The translations under genes and the position numbers were made by a program. A DNA stretch of 64,000 nucleotides from the NCBI RefSeq assembly GCF_006345805.1, contig NC_043000.1, forward strand, positions 126,418,001 to 126,482,000. The letters run 5' to 3'. The DNA is from Octopus sinensis (Eukaryota). Every line of letters begins with the position of its first letter. Positions within the stretch are counted from its first letter, which is position 1. Of this stretch, positions 25,534-36,501 are shown piece by piece. A model generated the notes under the pieces. It did not search any database, was not told the origin of the DNA, and was given only the letters and a program-made list of their open reading frames with translations.

Positions 25534-25569
<36 letters not shown>

Positions 25570-25854
25570 TATCATCATCATCTATTCTAAAGGCAGGAAA
25601 ATAAAATACAAATTATTTGTCATAAGCACTCTATGTATATAAAACTATAAATGATAGCATGCAAATATTGGGTTAGAAATCTCCTAGGATATTTACATGC
25701 TATCATTTGTAACTTTATCTGCTTTGAGTTCTCATTCCTCAATTAAAAACAAATTATTTCATATCTCTCAAAATTTCTAAATTCTTACTACATAAACAAC
25801 ATACAATTCTCGCTTGTAAGAATAAAGCTTCTAAAATGGATTGAGAAATTTAAA

Positions 25855-25931
25855 GGATTACTCCAGTTCAATGGTAGAACGCCTGTCATGTTTACTGAAG
25901 ATGTAGGTTTGGGCCCCATAAGCAGTCTCCA
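25855..25931 (+). pseudogene. tRNA-like pseudogene (isotype uncertain)
   Basis: Perfect D-arm GTTC-AATGGTA-GAAC, degenerate T-arm GGTTTGGGCCCC, 3' AGTCTCCA followed by TTTTT; acceptor and anticodon stems imperfect. Confidence 0.4.
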
Positions 25932-26810
25932 ACTTTTTCTGTCAAAAGGGTTTTTTTTTTAAACTCGGTATTTACATGCAAAGCAAAGACTCACCATGTG
26001 GCAGCAGGACTACACTCAATAATACCAGTGAACATACTGATGCCTGAGGGTCACATTAAGTGGCTTGTAGTTGCAGAAGCCTGAACTACAATGGGCTGAT
26101 CCCACAGAGAATGATTATATATAAGGTATATGTATGTATGTATATGGTTGTGTGTGTGTGTGGTGTGTGTGTGTGGTGTGTGTGTGTGTGGTGTGTGTGT
26201 GTGTGTGCATGTGTGTGTGTGTGTGTGAGTGTGTGTGTATGTTACTGTCACTTTGACTTCATTGTAAATGAATGCTACCATCATGCAATCACTGTTCTTA
26301 TATATTTACACACACACACACACACACATAAATGTATACATACATACACACATACAAATACATTCACGTGTGCGTGTGTGTGTGTGGGTGTGTGTATGTC
26401 TGTCTGTATCTGTTTCTATGTATGTATATATGTATGTTTGTATGTATGTGAGTAATTGTCTTTGTCTCTCATCATGTGACAACCTCTGTGAGTTTGTTTA
26501 TGTCCCTGTAACTAAGTGGTTTGCCAAAAAGAGACCTATTGAATAAGTACCAAACTTAAATATAGTGCTGGACTCCGTTTGGTCAATTAAACCCACCAAG
26601 GTTACAGTCCAGTGCCTGAAGCAAACAAAAGAATAAATGAACCATATTAATTGATATAGAATCAGCTTTTGTTTGTATAATGTAATATAATATAACCTCC
26701 ATTATGACTGGCTGTTAATAGTAAGAGAAGCCAGACTTAATTTAATTATTCATGTTAAAATAATTTACAGAAAATTTTGAAATTTTGTCATTTTCTTCTT
26801 TTCTTATTAG

Positions 26811-26861
26811 TATGTCCTTTCATGGAACAAATCAGCTTGGAGGATTCTTCTTCAGCTGAAG
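26811..26861 (+). CDS. WD40 gene exon (VCPFMEQISLEDSSSAE), phase 1-1
   Basis: Long pyrimidine tract ttttcttcttttcttattag, donor AAG|gtaatt, 51 nt. Confidence 0.82.
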
Positions 26862-27548
26862 GTAATTTCATTAAGCTTTTATAAACACAAACATAACCAC
26901 CTCTCACACACACACACAGATACTCATACACAGACAGACATACACACAAGCAAACACATGCACACATCATAATTACAAAAAAAAACCCTAATAAACAGGA
27001 CAGGCCAACAACAAAATTTAACAAATAAAATGTTATATAACAAATAAAGTGTTATAATAGAAAGAGAAAGTGTCTTAATATTTTGGACATTAGTCCTTCA
27101 TCAGAAGAAAGAAAGAGAGCATAGAGAAAGTGATAAAGAGAAAGAGCCACTGAATAGTAAAACAAAACAGGCAAAGGTTTAGAAACCAGGTGGAAATGCT
27201 AATTTATGGGGGGGGGGTCAAAAAGAGAGAAAGCAGTGCATGTGGATGTAAATATAAGAATCTATCCATGTCTGGAAGCCGACATAAGAAGGAAGAGATG
27301 TTTTGTGTGTTACTGGTAAAAAGAAGGTAAAGGTTATCTTCTAGAGCAACGTTTCTCAACTGAGATTCCCTAGAATCCAAGGGTTCCACAAAAGGTTCCT
27401 GGGGGTTCTGCGAGAAAGAGTGAAATAAGCTAATGCTAATTTCATGATTGTAATATGCAAAACATATTCTTGAATATTGTTATATAGACATCATCCTGTC
27501 TAACCTATTATGTTATCAAAAACATAACAACAATATATATATGATATA

Positions 27549-27587
<39 letters not shown>

Positions 27588-27829
27588 TCATATTTACCAA
27601 GTAAACAACAATGAAAAAAATGTGAGAAAGATATGGTATATAATTTTTTTTGTGCAGAGGTTCCTAGAGACATGTAATTTATTTTAAGGGTTACCCAAGG
27701 GTAAAAAGGTTGAAAAACACTGTTCTAGAGGCATGCCAACTCATAAGGGCTGGTTTCCTGATTTCCAAGTCATATAAATTCCTCACCTGGACCAGGCGCC
27801 AGTCCCTTGCAGGATTACTCATTTTTCCC

Positions 27830-27975
27830 ATGTCATCTTGGTATTATCTACCGATGAGACATGACGTTGCAGCTAGGACACTCTATAAGGAAATCCATCA
27901 GAAGGATAATCCCGAGGACAAAGAAACAAAAACCCACTATGAAAAGGAATACTGGTCGAATGTAAAAGTGAATAC
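27830..27975 (+). mobile_element. Internal fragment of the (CATA)n-associated RLE LINE, embedded in a SINE-like repeat
   Basis: Near-identical to 28792-28935 (YLPMRHDVAARTLY.EIH.KDNPEDKE). Confidence 0.75.
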
Positions 27976-28391
27976 TGGAGGAACATGAAGTGAAGTGTTT
28001 TGCTCAAGAGCACAACATATTGCCCAATCCAGGAATTGAAACCACAATTTTATGATCATGAGTCCAACACCCTAATCACTAAGTCACATGCCTCCACTGT
28101 GTTACAATGGTATATATATGTATACAGAGGTGTGCAAGTGTGGAAGTATAGCAGTATTGGTTAGTAGGTATGTGGCGCATCAGTATAGGAAGGTGAGTGT
28201 ATGAAAGGGTATGTGTGAGAAGGTAGTGAAAACGTTTTCAACAAAGAGGAAAGGTTTAAACTAAAATAAAAAAGAGAGAGAAAGAAATGTATGAATTTTA
28301 AGAAAAGGGGGAACATCAAAGGAATTGATGAAAATTATACAAGAGTGATGAAAGGCACACATACATACATACATACATACATACATACATA

Positions 28392-28563
28392 CACTGGAAC
28401 TATAAAAATCTGTAAAACTTTCCAGAAGTTTATCATTTAAATATATACGAGCATGTCTAGATATGCAACTATATACATAAGAATACATACATAAAGCAAA
28501 ACATACAAAAGGGCACATATATATACATGCATGCATACATACATACATACATACATACATACA

Positions 28564-28596
<33 letters not shown>

Positions 28597-28698
28597 GCAA
28601 ACAAAAATACCCTGTTGTTCATGTTGAAATTCCATTGATTCTAGGTTAGAAACTGGCTCTTACTCTATTGGCAAGAAATCTTGAAACTGAACAATGAC
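28392..28698 (+). mobile_element. RLE LINE, very short 3' copy, in (CATA)n
   Basis: Homologous to the 3' end of 28719-29589 (TGTIKICKTFQKFII* + UTR ending CTGAACAATGAC); flanked by (CATA)n. Confidence 0.8.
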
Positions 28699-28718
28699 AT
28701 ACATACATACATACATAA

Positions 28719-29589
28719 ATGTGACAACTGATGCAGACTTTGTGGAGTTCATACTGAAGATATCACCAACATCATAAGCAGTTGCCCGAAAATGTCATCA
28801 CAGTGTTATCTACCGATGAGACATGATGTTGCAGCTAGGACACTCTATAATGAAATCCATCGGAAGGATAATCCCGAGGACAAAGAAATAAGAACCCACA
28901 ATAAAAAGAAATACTGGTGGAATGTAAAAGTGAAAACTTCAGTAAAATGTAAGCACAACAGACCTGATATAATGATTTGGGATAGAAAAGAGAAACTGTG
29001 CACAGTTGTGGAAATTAGCTGCCCAGTGGATGTTAACATAAAGCTGAAGATCAGTGAAAAAACAAACACCTATGATGAACTATTGAGAAATCTGCAGTTA
29101 CTCTATCCAGATTATAATTTCAGGTTTATACCTGTAATTATTGGGGTCCTGGTATTTGTAACACACTGCTTAAATACCAATCTTGAAAAATTAGGTTTCT
29201 CAAAAACAGAAAGGAGAAAGCTAATTCGAAGACTACAGATCCAAGCCATCACTGGAACTGTAAAAATCTGTAAAACTTTCCAGAAGTCTATCATTTAAAT
29301 ATATATGAGCATATCTAGATATGCAAGCATATGCATGAGGGAACTTACATATAACAAAACATACAGATCTGTACGTATATATATGTAGGGAATGGTTGTA
29401 TTCCCTACACTACATACATACATACATACATACATACATACATACATGCATTCATACATATGTACATACATACACACAAAAATATCCTGTTGTTGATGTT
29501 TAAATTCTAATGAAAGAGCCTTGAATCTAGGTTAGAAACTGGCTCTTTCATCTATTGGCAAGAAATCTTGAAATAATCTGAACAATGAC
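28719..29589 (+). mobile_element. RLE-type (R4/NeSL-like) non-LTR retrotransposon 3' fragment, in (CATA)n
   Basis: CRLCG..EDITNIISSC knuckle, HNRPDIMIWD...VVEISCP endonuclease (ORF 28792-29298); 3' end runs into (CATA)n. Confidence 0.85.
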
Positions 29590-30110
29590 ATACATATGTA
29601 CATGCATACATACACATACATACCTACATTCATAAATACATACACACATACATCCATGGCCTGGCTCTCTGTCGGTTACAACAAGGGTTCCAGTTGATAC
29701 AATCAATGGAACATCCTGCTCATGAAACTAACGTGCATGTGGCTGAGCACTCCACAGGCACATATACCCCTTAACGTAGTTCTCAGGGAGATTCAGTGTG
29801 ACACAAGTGTGACAAGGCTGGCCCTTTGAATTACAGGTACTACTTATTTTTGCCAGCTGAGTGGACTGGAGCAACATGAAATAAAGTGTCTTGCTCAAGG
29901 ATGCAATGCGTTGCCGGGAATTGAACTCATGACCTTATGATCATGACCCAAACACACTAACCACTTAGCCACGCACCTTCATATACATACATACATACAT
30001 GCATACATACATACATACATACATACATACATACATACATACATACATACATACATACATACATGCATGCATACATATTCATTCATTTCCTTTGTTTTAT
30101 CTCACAACAG

Positions 30111-30175
30111 ATTCTGATATTTATGAAGACTTCTTTACAGAGAAACAAAAAGAGCAAAATATAGATTCATATTTG
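30111..30175 (+). CDS. WD40 gene exon (DSDIYEDFFTEKQKEQNIDSYL), phase 1-0
   Basis: Acceptor tttgttttatctcacaacag, donor TTG|gtatgt, 65 nt. Confidence 0.82.
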
Positions 30176-30312
30176 GTATGTAGGTAGTTGAAGATGATTT
30201 CTTTGAAAAATCTTTCATGCAGTCTTAACACAAGAAGTTCATTTTAACTTTGTTTCTTTTTTAAAGTTATTCAAAACTGCTCGTTTTCATTTATATCTCT
30301 TCTGAATTACAG

Positions 30313-30396
30313 ATGCCATATGATATTAACGTTTCAAAACATTTCTCTGAAGATAATTTTCCCGAACTGAAAATCAAAGAGTGTGAAGAGCAAGAG
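30313..30396 (+). CDS. WD40 gene exon (MPYDINVSKHFSEDNFPELKIKECEEQE), phase 0-0
   Basis: Acceptor ctcttctgaattacag, donor GAG|gtatat, 84 nt; follows a 137-nt intron. Confidence 0.8.
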
Positions 30397-32178
30397 GTAT
30401 ATTTTATTGATTAAAAGAGAAAAAAAATAATAAATAAGAGAGGGAGGAAACAGGGAGAGAAAGAGAGAGAGCTTATTTTGGTATGTTTTTATAAACCATT
30501 TTGCATATACAAATAGCAAATGCCAGCAAACATGAAGGAAGGATAATTAATTTTGATATGCTTTTTTAAATAATCTATATGCAGGTACAGATGTGGTTGT
30601 ATGGTAAGAGGAGCACTCCGTCAGTTACGACGACAAGGGTCCCAGCTGATAGGATCAACAGAACAGCTTGCTCGTGAGATTAACGTGCAAGGGACTGAGT
30701 AATCCACAGACATGTGTACCCCTAACATAGTTCTAAGGGAGATTCAGCGTGACACAGAGTGTGATAAGGCTGGCCCTTTGAAATACAGGTACAACTCATT
30801 TTTGCCAGGACACAACGCGAATTGAACTCACGACCTTACACTTGTGAGCCGAATGCCCTAACCACTAAGCCACGTGCTTCTTAACTTCATGGTTCTGGGT
30901 TAAGTCCCACTGTGTGACACCATGGTAAAGTGTCTTCTGCCATAGCCTTGAGTCAACCAAAGCCTTGAGAGTGTATTTGGTAGACTGAAACTGAAAGAAA
31001 CTCTGTGTATGTTTGTGTGTGTGTGTGTGTGTGTGCACGCACTGAAGTGTGTGTATGTGTGAGTGTGTGTATGTGTCTTTACACTAATAATAAGTACACA
31101 CACACTGGTTCTATTTCACTTCTTTATTCTTATTAATCAATTAGTTAACCATTTAACCAATTAACTAATCATTTGGTCAATCATTTAGCTAGGTTTTTCA
31201 AAGTCCTTTCATTGCCATTTGTAACCTCATCAATAACATGCCCACTTTACTCCATCAAAATTCCATTTTAATTTATATTCTAGATACCAGCTAAATAAGG
31301 AATAAGGTTTTCTAATAAATTAATTGAAACAGTGTATTTCGGCAGGAATATGGTAACAGCATGGTTATGTTCTGACTGTAGCTCTAACATATATACATAT
31401 ATACACATATACAATTGCACTCAAACACATGCACTCAAACAAACAAACAAATTAGTAAAATTATTTTTTTCCTTATCTAAAACTGTCAATTGTGCTATTT
31501 CCACCAACACCATTTTGAGTGAAAGAGCAAGCATCTACATAGGCACTCAACCTGTTAGAAACAACAACCGGATTATACCCTACAATCTTAAAAAAAACAG
31601 TATAAAATTAGATACTGTAAGCCACTGAAGATGGAATAGTCATAACTGGAAAGTGTTTGAATATAGGTTTGCTCTATTAAGGCTAACTTGTAGTGACAAA
31701 AACAATTAGTGGGCTACAACGCATATCCTTATCATAGTTTTCTTAAAGATATACAGGAATATACATGGTGTTGTAAATACTGTTAACTGCCAAAATTTTA
31801 CTATATGATAATATGCATGTGTGTGTGTGTGGCCCATTGTCCACAAGTCAGAAAAAAAAGCACATTTTTAAAGAGAATTTGTGCAACATATCTCGTGAAC
31901 CAACTGAATTGCTAATGGTAATAGTCAACGTGAAACCAATGGTAGCTTTCTGACCAGCAATATGCCATAACCAGGAATATATTACACAACAACATAAAAG
32001 TATATACATACGTATGCATCCATAAAGGGCTTAGACAACTCACCAGACTCTACAGCCAAAGGCCATATAGTTCTTTAAACTTTGGAGGAAGAAATCCATT
32101 ATGCTCAATTAGTTAATAAGTAAACAATGAATAAACGATCCAGGTCAGGATGGGTTATCTCCCTTAGACCAGTCCATA

Positions 32179-32569
32179 TCTTTATATATAAAAGTGAAGT
32201 TGTGTGTGTCTCCTACGATTTAGATTCCTAACTACTCCCACATTTTGGGGTGCAGTTTAACCAAAACTGGGTATCTTATAGTCGTGATTCATATCGAACC
32301 CTTCTGGGTATTACCGCGCGTCTACGATGAGTCTACGATTTTTTTTTAAATTTACCATAAATTTTTCCCATTTTTAATGCATTTTTGGCATATATAAGGG
32401 AAGTAACTCTCTAAAAATTTATTATTAAATCTCAGAACGTAAAAAGCTACAGTAACAACCTCCCTTTGTGGTTAGCCATATTGAGATGGCTATTATACTT
32501 TACATCTCTAAAAATGCTTATATAGTTATTTCCCTTACAAACCCGAGCAACGCCAGGCGATACTGCTAG
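32179..32569 (+). mobile_element. Non-autonomous Helitron
   Basis: A|TC...CTAG|T with a hairpin-like cccgagcaacgccagg; nearly identical to 42538-42931. Confidence 0.85.
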
Positions 32570-32764
32570 TAGGTCAAAAAGAAGATGGGGAACTCCATTC
32601 TTCGGTAACTTTTAGCTTGTAATGATCTTTTCAGATCTAATCAATGAATGGGGAATCCCATACTTGCAGCAGGTAGTGTTTGTAATGGATGCAAGAGCTG
32701 TAAATTTCTTGTCAGGAATTCACTAATCCTGGTTCCACACACACACACACGCACACACACATGC

Positions 32765-32808
<44 letters not shown>

Positions 32809-33098
32809 CTGAATTGTGCAGTTAAGAAGCTTGCTTTGCAACCATGTGGCTTCAGCTTCCATAACACTGCACAACGCTTCTTGGGGAAGATGCCTGAGGC
32901 AACCAATGGCTTGTGAGTGAATGTGGCAAATGGAAAATGGATTGAAATTTGTCATACACACACACACATAATCACACACACCCATACACACACACGCACA
33001 ACACACACACACACACACACATGCACGCACACACGCACACACTAAGAGCTGTGTTTTATGGTATTGTTTACATATTTTGGTCTCTTTGAATTCTACAG

Positions 33099-33225
33099 GA
33101 AGATCGAGATTCATTTAAAAGCCAATATATTTATGGTGCTCCAACAGAAATATATTCATCTCCAAAAGAACAATGCAACTGGTCCTGGCCATCGATGTCT
33201 TCCCTAACAGACGGAGACTTAGAAA
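33099..33225 (+). CDS. WD40 gene exon (EDRDSFKSQYIYGAPTEIYSSPKEQCNWSWPSMSSLTDGDLE), phase 0-1
   Basis: Acceptor tctctttgaattctacag, donor AAA|gtatgt, 127 nt. Confidence 0.8.
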
Positions 33226-33325
33226 GTATGTCATTTATTTATAGATTCCTCATTGTATACCAACCACAGATTAAGAGGTTTCTCATATTTATTGTATCAG
33301 TCTTTAATGATAAATCTCAACCATA

Positions 33326-33496
33326 GGCGCAGGAGTGGCTGTGTGGTAAGTAGCTTGTTTACCAACCACATGGTTCCGGGTTCAGTCCCACTGTGTGGTA
33401 CCTTGGGCAAGTGTCTTCTACTATAGCCTCGGGCCGACCAAAGCCTTGTGAGTGGATTTGGTAGACGGAAACTGAAAGAAGCCCGTCGTATATATG

Positions 33497-33527
<31 letters not shown>

Positions 33528-33741
33528 TTGTGTGTCTGTGTTTGTCCCCCTAGCATTGCTTGACAACCGATGCTGGTGTGTTTGCATCCCCGTAACTTAG
33601 TGGTTCGGCAAAAAGAGACCGATAGAATAAGTACTGGGCTTACAAAGAATAAGTCCCGGGGTTGATTTGCTTGACTAAAGGTGGTGCTCCAGCTTGGCCA
33701 CAGTCAAATGACTGAAACAAGTAAAAGAGAAGAGAAAGAGA
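33326..33741 (+). mobile_element. tRNA-derived SINE, family A
   Basis: Full-length, little-diverged copy; another follows at 34018-34431. Confidence 0.88.
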
Positions 33742-34017
33742 AATAGAGTTGTCAACAATTAAAAAAGCATATGAAAATGAAATAATAAATTACTACAATT
33801 ATTTTCTCCAATGTCATCTGTATGAAAAGCAAATAGTTAAATTAGTGTTAGCATATTTAATGTGGAGTACCAAAAATATAACTTAAAAATTATTATATAA
33901 TAAGGAGAAGGCAGTGACTAGTATTCTTTCTATCCTTTTGGTAAGTATGGGGGAATAACACCAGACATATTCTGGTCTTTAGCAAACTATAGATTTCACT
34001 GTACTTGCTGAAATAAT

Positions 34018-34174
34018 AGGAGTGGCTGTGTGGTAAGTAGCTTGCTTATGAACTACATGGTTCCGGGTTCAGTCCCACTGAATGGCACCTCGGGCAAGAG
34101 TCTTCTATGATAGCCTCGGGCCAACCAAAGCCTTGTAAGTGGGTTTGGCAGACAGAAACTTTAAGAAGCCTGTC

Positions 34175-34241
<67 letters not shown>

Positions 34242-34431
34242 TGTGTCTATATTTGTCCCCCCAATATCGCTTACAACCAATGCTGGTGTGTTTACGTCCC
34301 CATAACTTAGCAGTTCGGCAAAAGAAACCGATAGAATAAGTACTAGGCTTACAAAGAATAAGTCCTGGTGTTGATGTGCTCGACTAAAGGTGGTGCTCCA
34401 GCATGGCTATAGTCAAATGACTGAAACAAGA
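34018..34431 (+). mobile_element. tRNA-derived SINE, family A
   Basis: Near full-length copy. Confidence 0.85.
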
Positions 34432-34642
34432 GTCTCTAAATTCATAAACAATATTGTACTTTTACAAGGGTCTTCTTGAAAAATAAATATAAAATCACTG
34501 AGATTAATTACTCAGAGACCCATCTGCTTGAAAATTAATAGTTAAGTTTGTGTTAAGTAAAAGTAAAAGATAAACAAGTAAAACATAAAAGATAAAAGAA
34601 TTGGAATGAGATTTGTTTTCATTTTTTTAAATTTTGTTGCAG

Positions 34643-34755
34643 TGTTTTCCCAGAATGCTCACCTTCAGTACCCACTGCTTACAGATTCTCCTACAGAATT
34701 AAACAACCAATCACCAAGTGAAGAATTATCATTGACACATTCCATAACTGACAAG
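34643..34755 (+). CDS. WD40 gene exon (MFSQNAHLQYPLLTDSPTELNNQSPSEELSLTHSITDK), phase 1-0, putative GC donor
   Basis: Acceptor ttttgttgcag. Phase 1 start matches the previous exon. AAG|gcaata gives phase 0, matching the next exon. No good GT donor before the in-frame TAA. Confidence 0.6.
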
Positions 34756-35399
34756 GCAATAGTCTCTCCTATATAACTTTAGTATTATTTGTATTTATTT
34801 ATTTATTTATTCATTTTCATTCTAATTAAACAGTGGTGCACCTTGGTGGTCAGATATTGTAAGGGAAGTAATCTTTACTAACTCAAACATGGTAGTATTA
34901 GACATTTGAATTTTAAATTGAAAAGCAAGGAAGATGCAAAGAATATACTTTGGATGTACATCTGTATATATAAAAGGCAGGATGTGTGTGTGTGTGTGTG
35001 TGTGTACGTGAATGTAATTTATGCACATCCACAAATTAGCACGCATGTCGCTCCAATTTTAGGAGGACATTCGTTATGACCCTAGCTATATTTTCGTCAG
35101 CTTATTTTTCCCAGAGGCACCAGCAAATAGCAGTAAAAATAAATTCTCAACCAAAACTTTTAACAATTTTCAAGTCGGAGAAATTACCATTGTTTGCAAA
35201 CAGGAGTTAAGTCCCCTTCTAGCGACAAGTGAGTTTTTGTTAAGATTTTTGTTGTTTTTTTCTATGGAGGAAAAAAAGTGGTTTGTTGATATACAGGCAA
35301 CACACACACATACAAAAACATGTATGTGTGCAAAAAACATGTATGCAATAGGTGTACATACGTACTTGTGTATGTGTGTGTGTGTGTGTGTGTTGCCCA

Positions 35400-35539
35400 T
35401 ATATATATATATAAACCAATATCAATGGATTTCGCCCAAATTTGATGTCGATGTTACTTAGTTTGGTTTGAAATAAAGAACTTGATTAGCTTAATAATCC
35501 TAACTTAATCCCGGGCAAAGTCGGGTTATACTACTAGTG
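35400..35539 (+). mobile_element. Short Helitron-like 3' remnant
   Basis: Hairpin CCCGggcaaagtCGGG followed by ttatactaCTAG|T; 5' boundary uncertain. Confidence 0.45.
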
Positions 35540-36428
35540 TTTAATATTTTTACTCATTAGAAAGATCTTAAAATTTTCAGTTATATATAATCCATATATA
35601 TATGTATATAAAAACCAGCTTAGAGAAGAAGAAGAAACGAAACCAAACCAAACGAATCGAATCGAATCGACGCGAAGGCACTCAGTCATACAATAGTGTA
35701 ATAAATAAAATATATGCATACATAATACACACACACATATATATATATTTATATATAGACACACACATGCACATATGTGTGTGTGTGTGTATCTTTGTCT
35801 AGCTGCTACATGGTGGCTGTTAACAAGCATCATCATCAAGCAGGCAAGATTGTTAGTTTCTAGTCTTCTGTGAAAAATATACCAGGCTATGGGGGGTAAA
35901 AAATATTACCTTGTCTGGAAACAAATGGGAGTTGGTGAGTAGGAAATCTGCCTCAACAAATTTTTTCTCTACCCATGCAAGCATGGAAAAGTGAACATCA
36001 AATGATGATGATAACAACGATGATGATGATTATGATGATGACAATGATGACAACGATAGTTTTATGGATTATGTTAATGGTACCGATAATAATATGAAAT
36101 TCAGTAATAAAAGGTATTTATGATGGTTTTGATGTTGGTGATGCGAGTCATGGTTATAGTAGTTTTGTCATGATGTTAGTAATGACACTGTTGCTAGGAA
36201 TTGATTATAAATATCATCAAAGTTGCTTTCTCCTTTGTACTAATCTAGGACAATATTTGTAAATGAAATCAATCGATAATCAGTTATATTTCTGAGTATC
36301 TGTTTTGTTGATAAACTTCTTCTGCAGGTTTTCTTGTTGAGACAATAGTTTTGAACTTCCATTCAGTGTCTTATAAATGTGACTATTTGATGGCTAAACA
36401 TTTCTATTATTGCTTTTCTTTGATTTAG

Positions 36429-36501
36429 TCAGATGACTTCACTCTACCAACTTGCACGCAGGGAATAGATGAAGTAGAAGGCGATACAATGACTTCAGTT
36501 G
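36429..36501 (+). CDS. WD40 gene exon (SDDFTLPTCTQGIDEVEGDTMTSV), phase 0-1
   Basis: Acceptor ttttctttgatttag, donor TTG|gtatgt, 73 nt; the other two frames contain stops. Confidence 0.78.

Noticed and set aside
28755-28792. CTGAAGA...GAAA spacing here, and at ~22543 and ~30346, as hammerheads
   Set aside because: No supporting stems I-III; two lie within coding sequence; consistent with chance.
32044-32110. Minus-strand GTGAGT donor after MDFFLQSLKNYMAFGCRV
   Set aside because: No good acceptor, and its phase 2 end gives stops with the downstream candidate acceptors.
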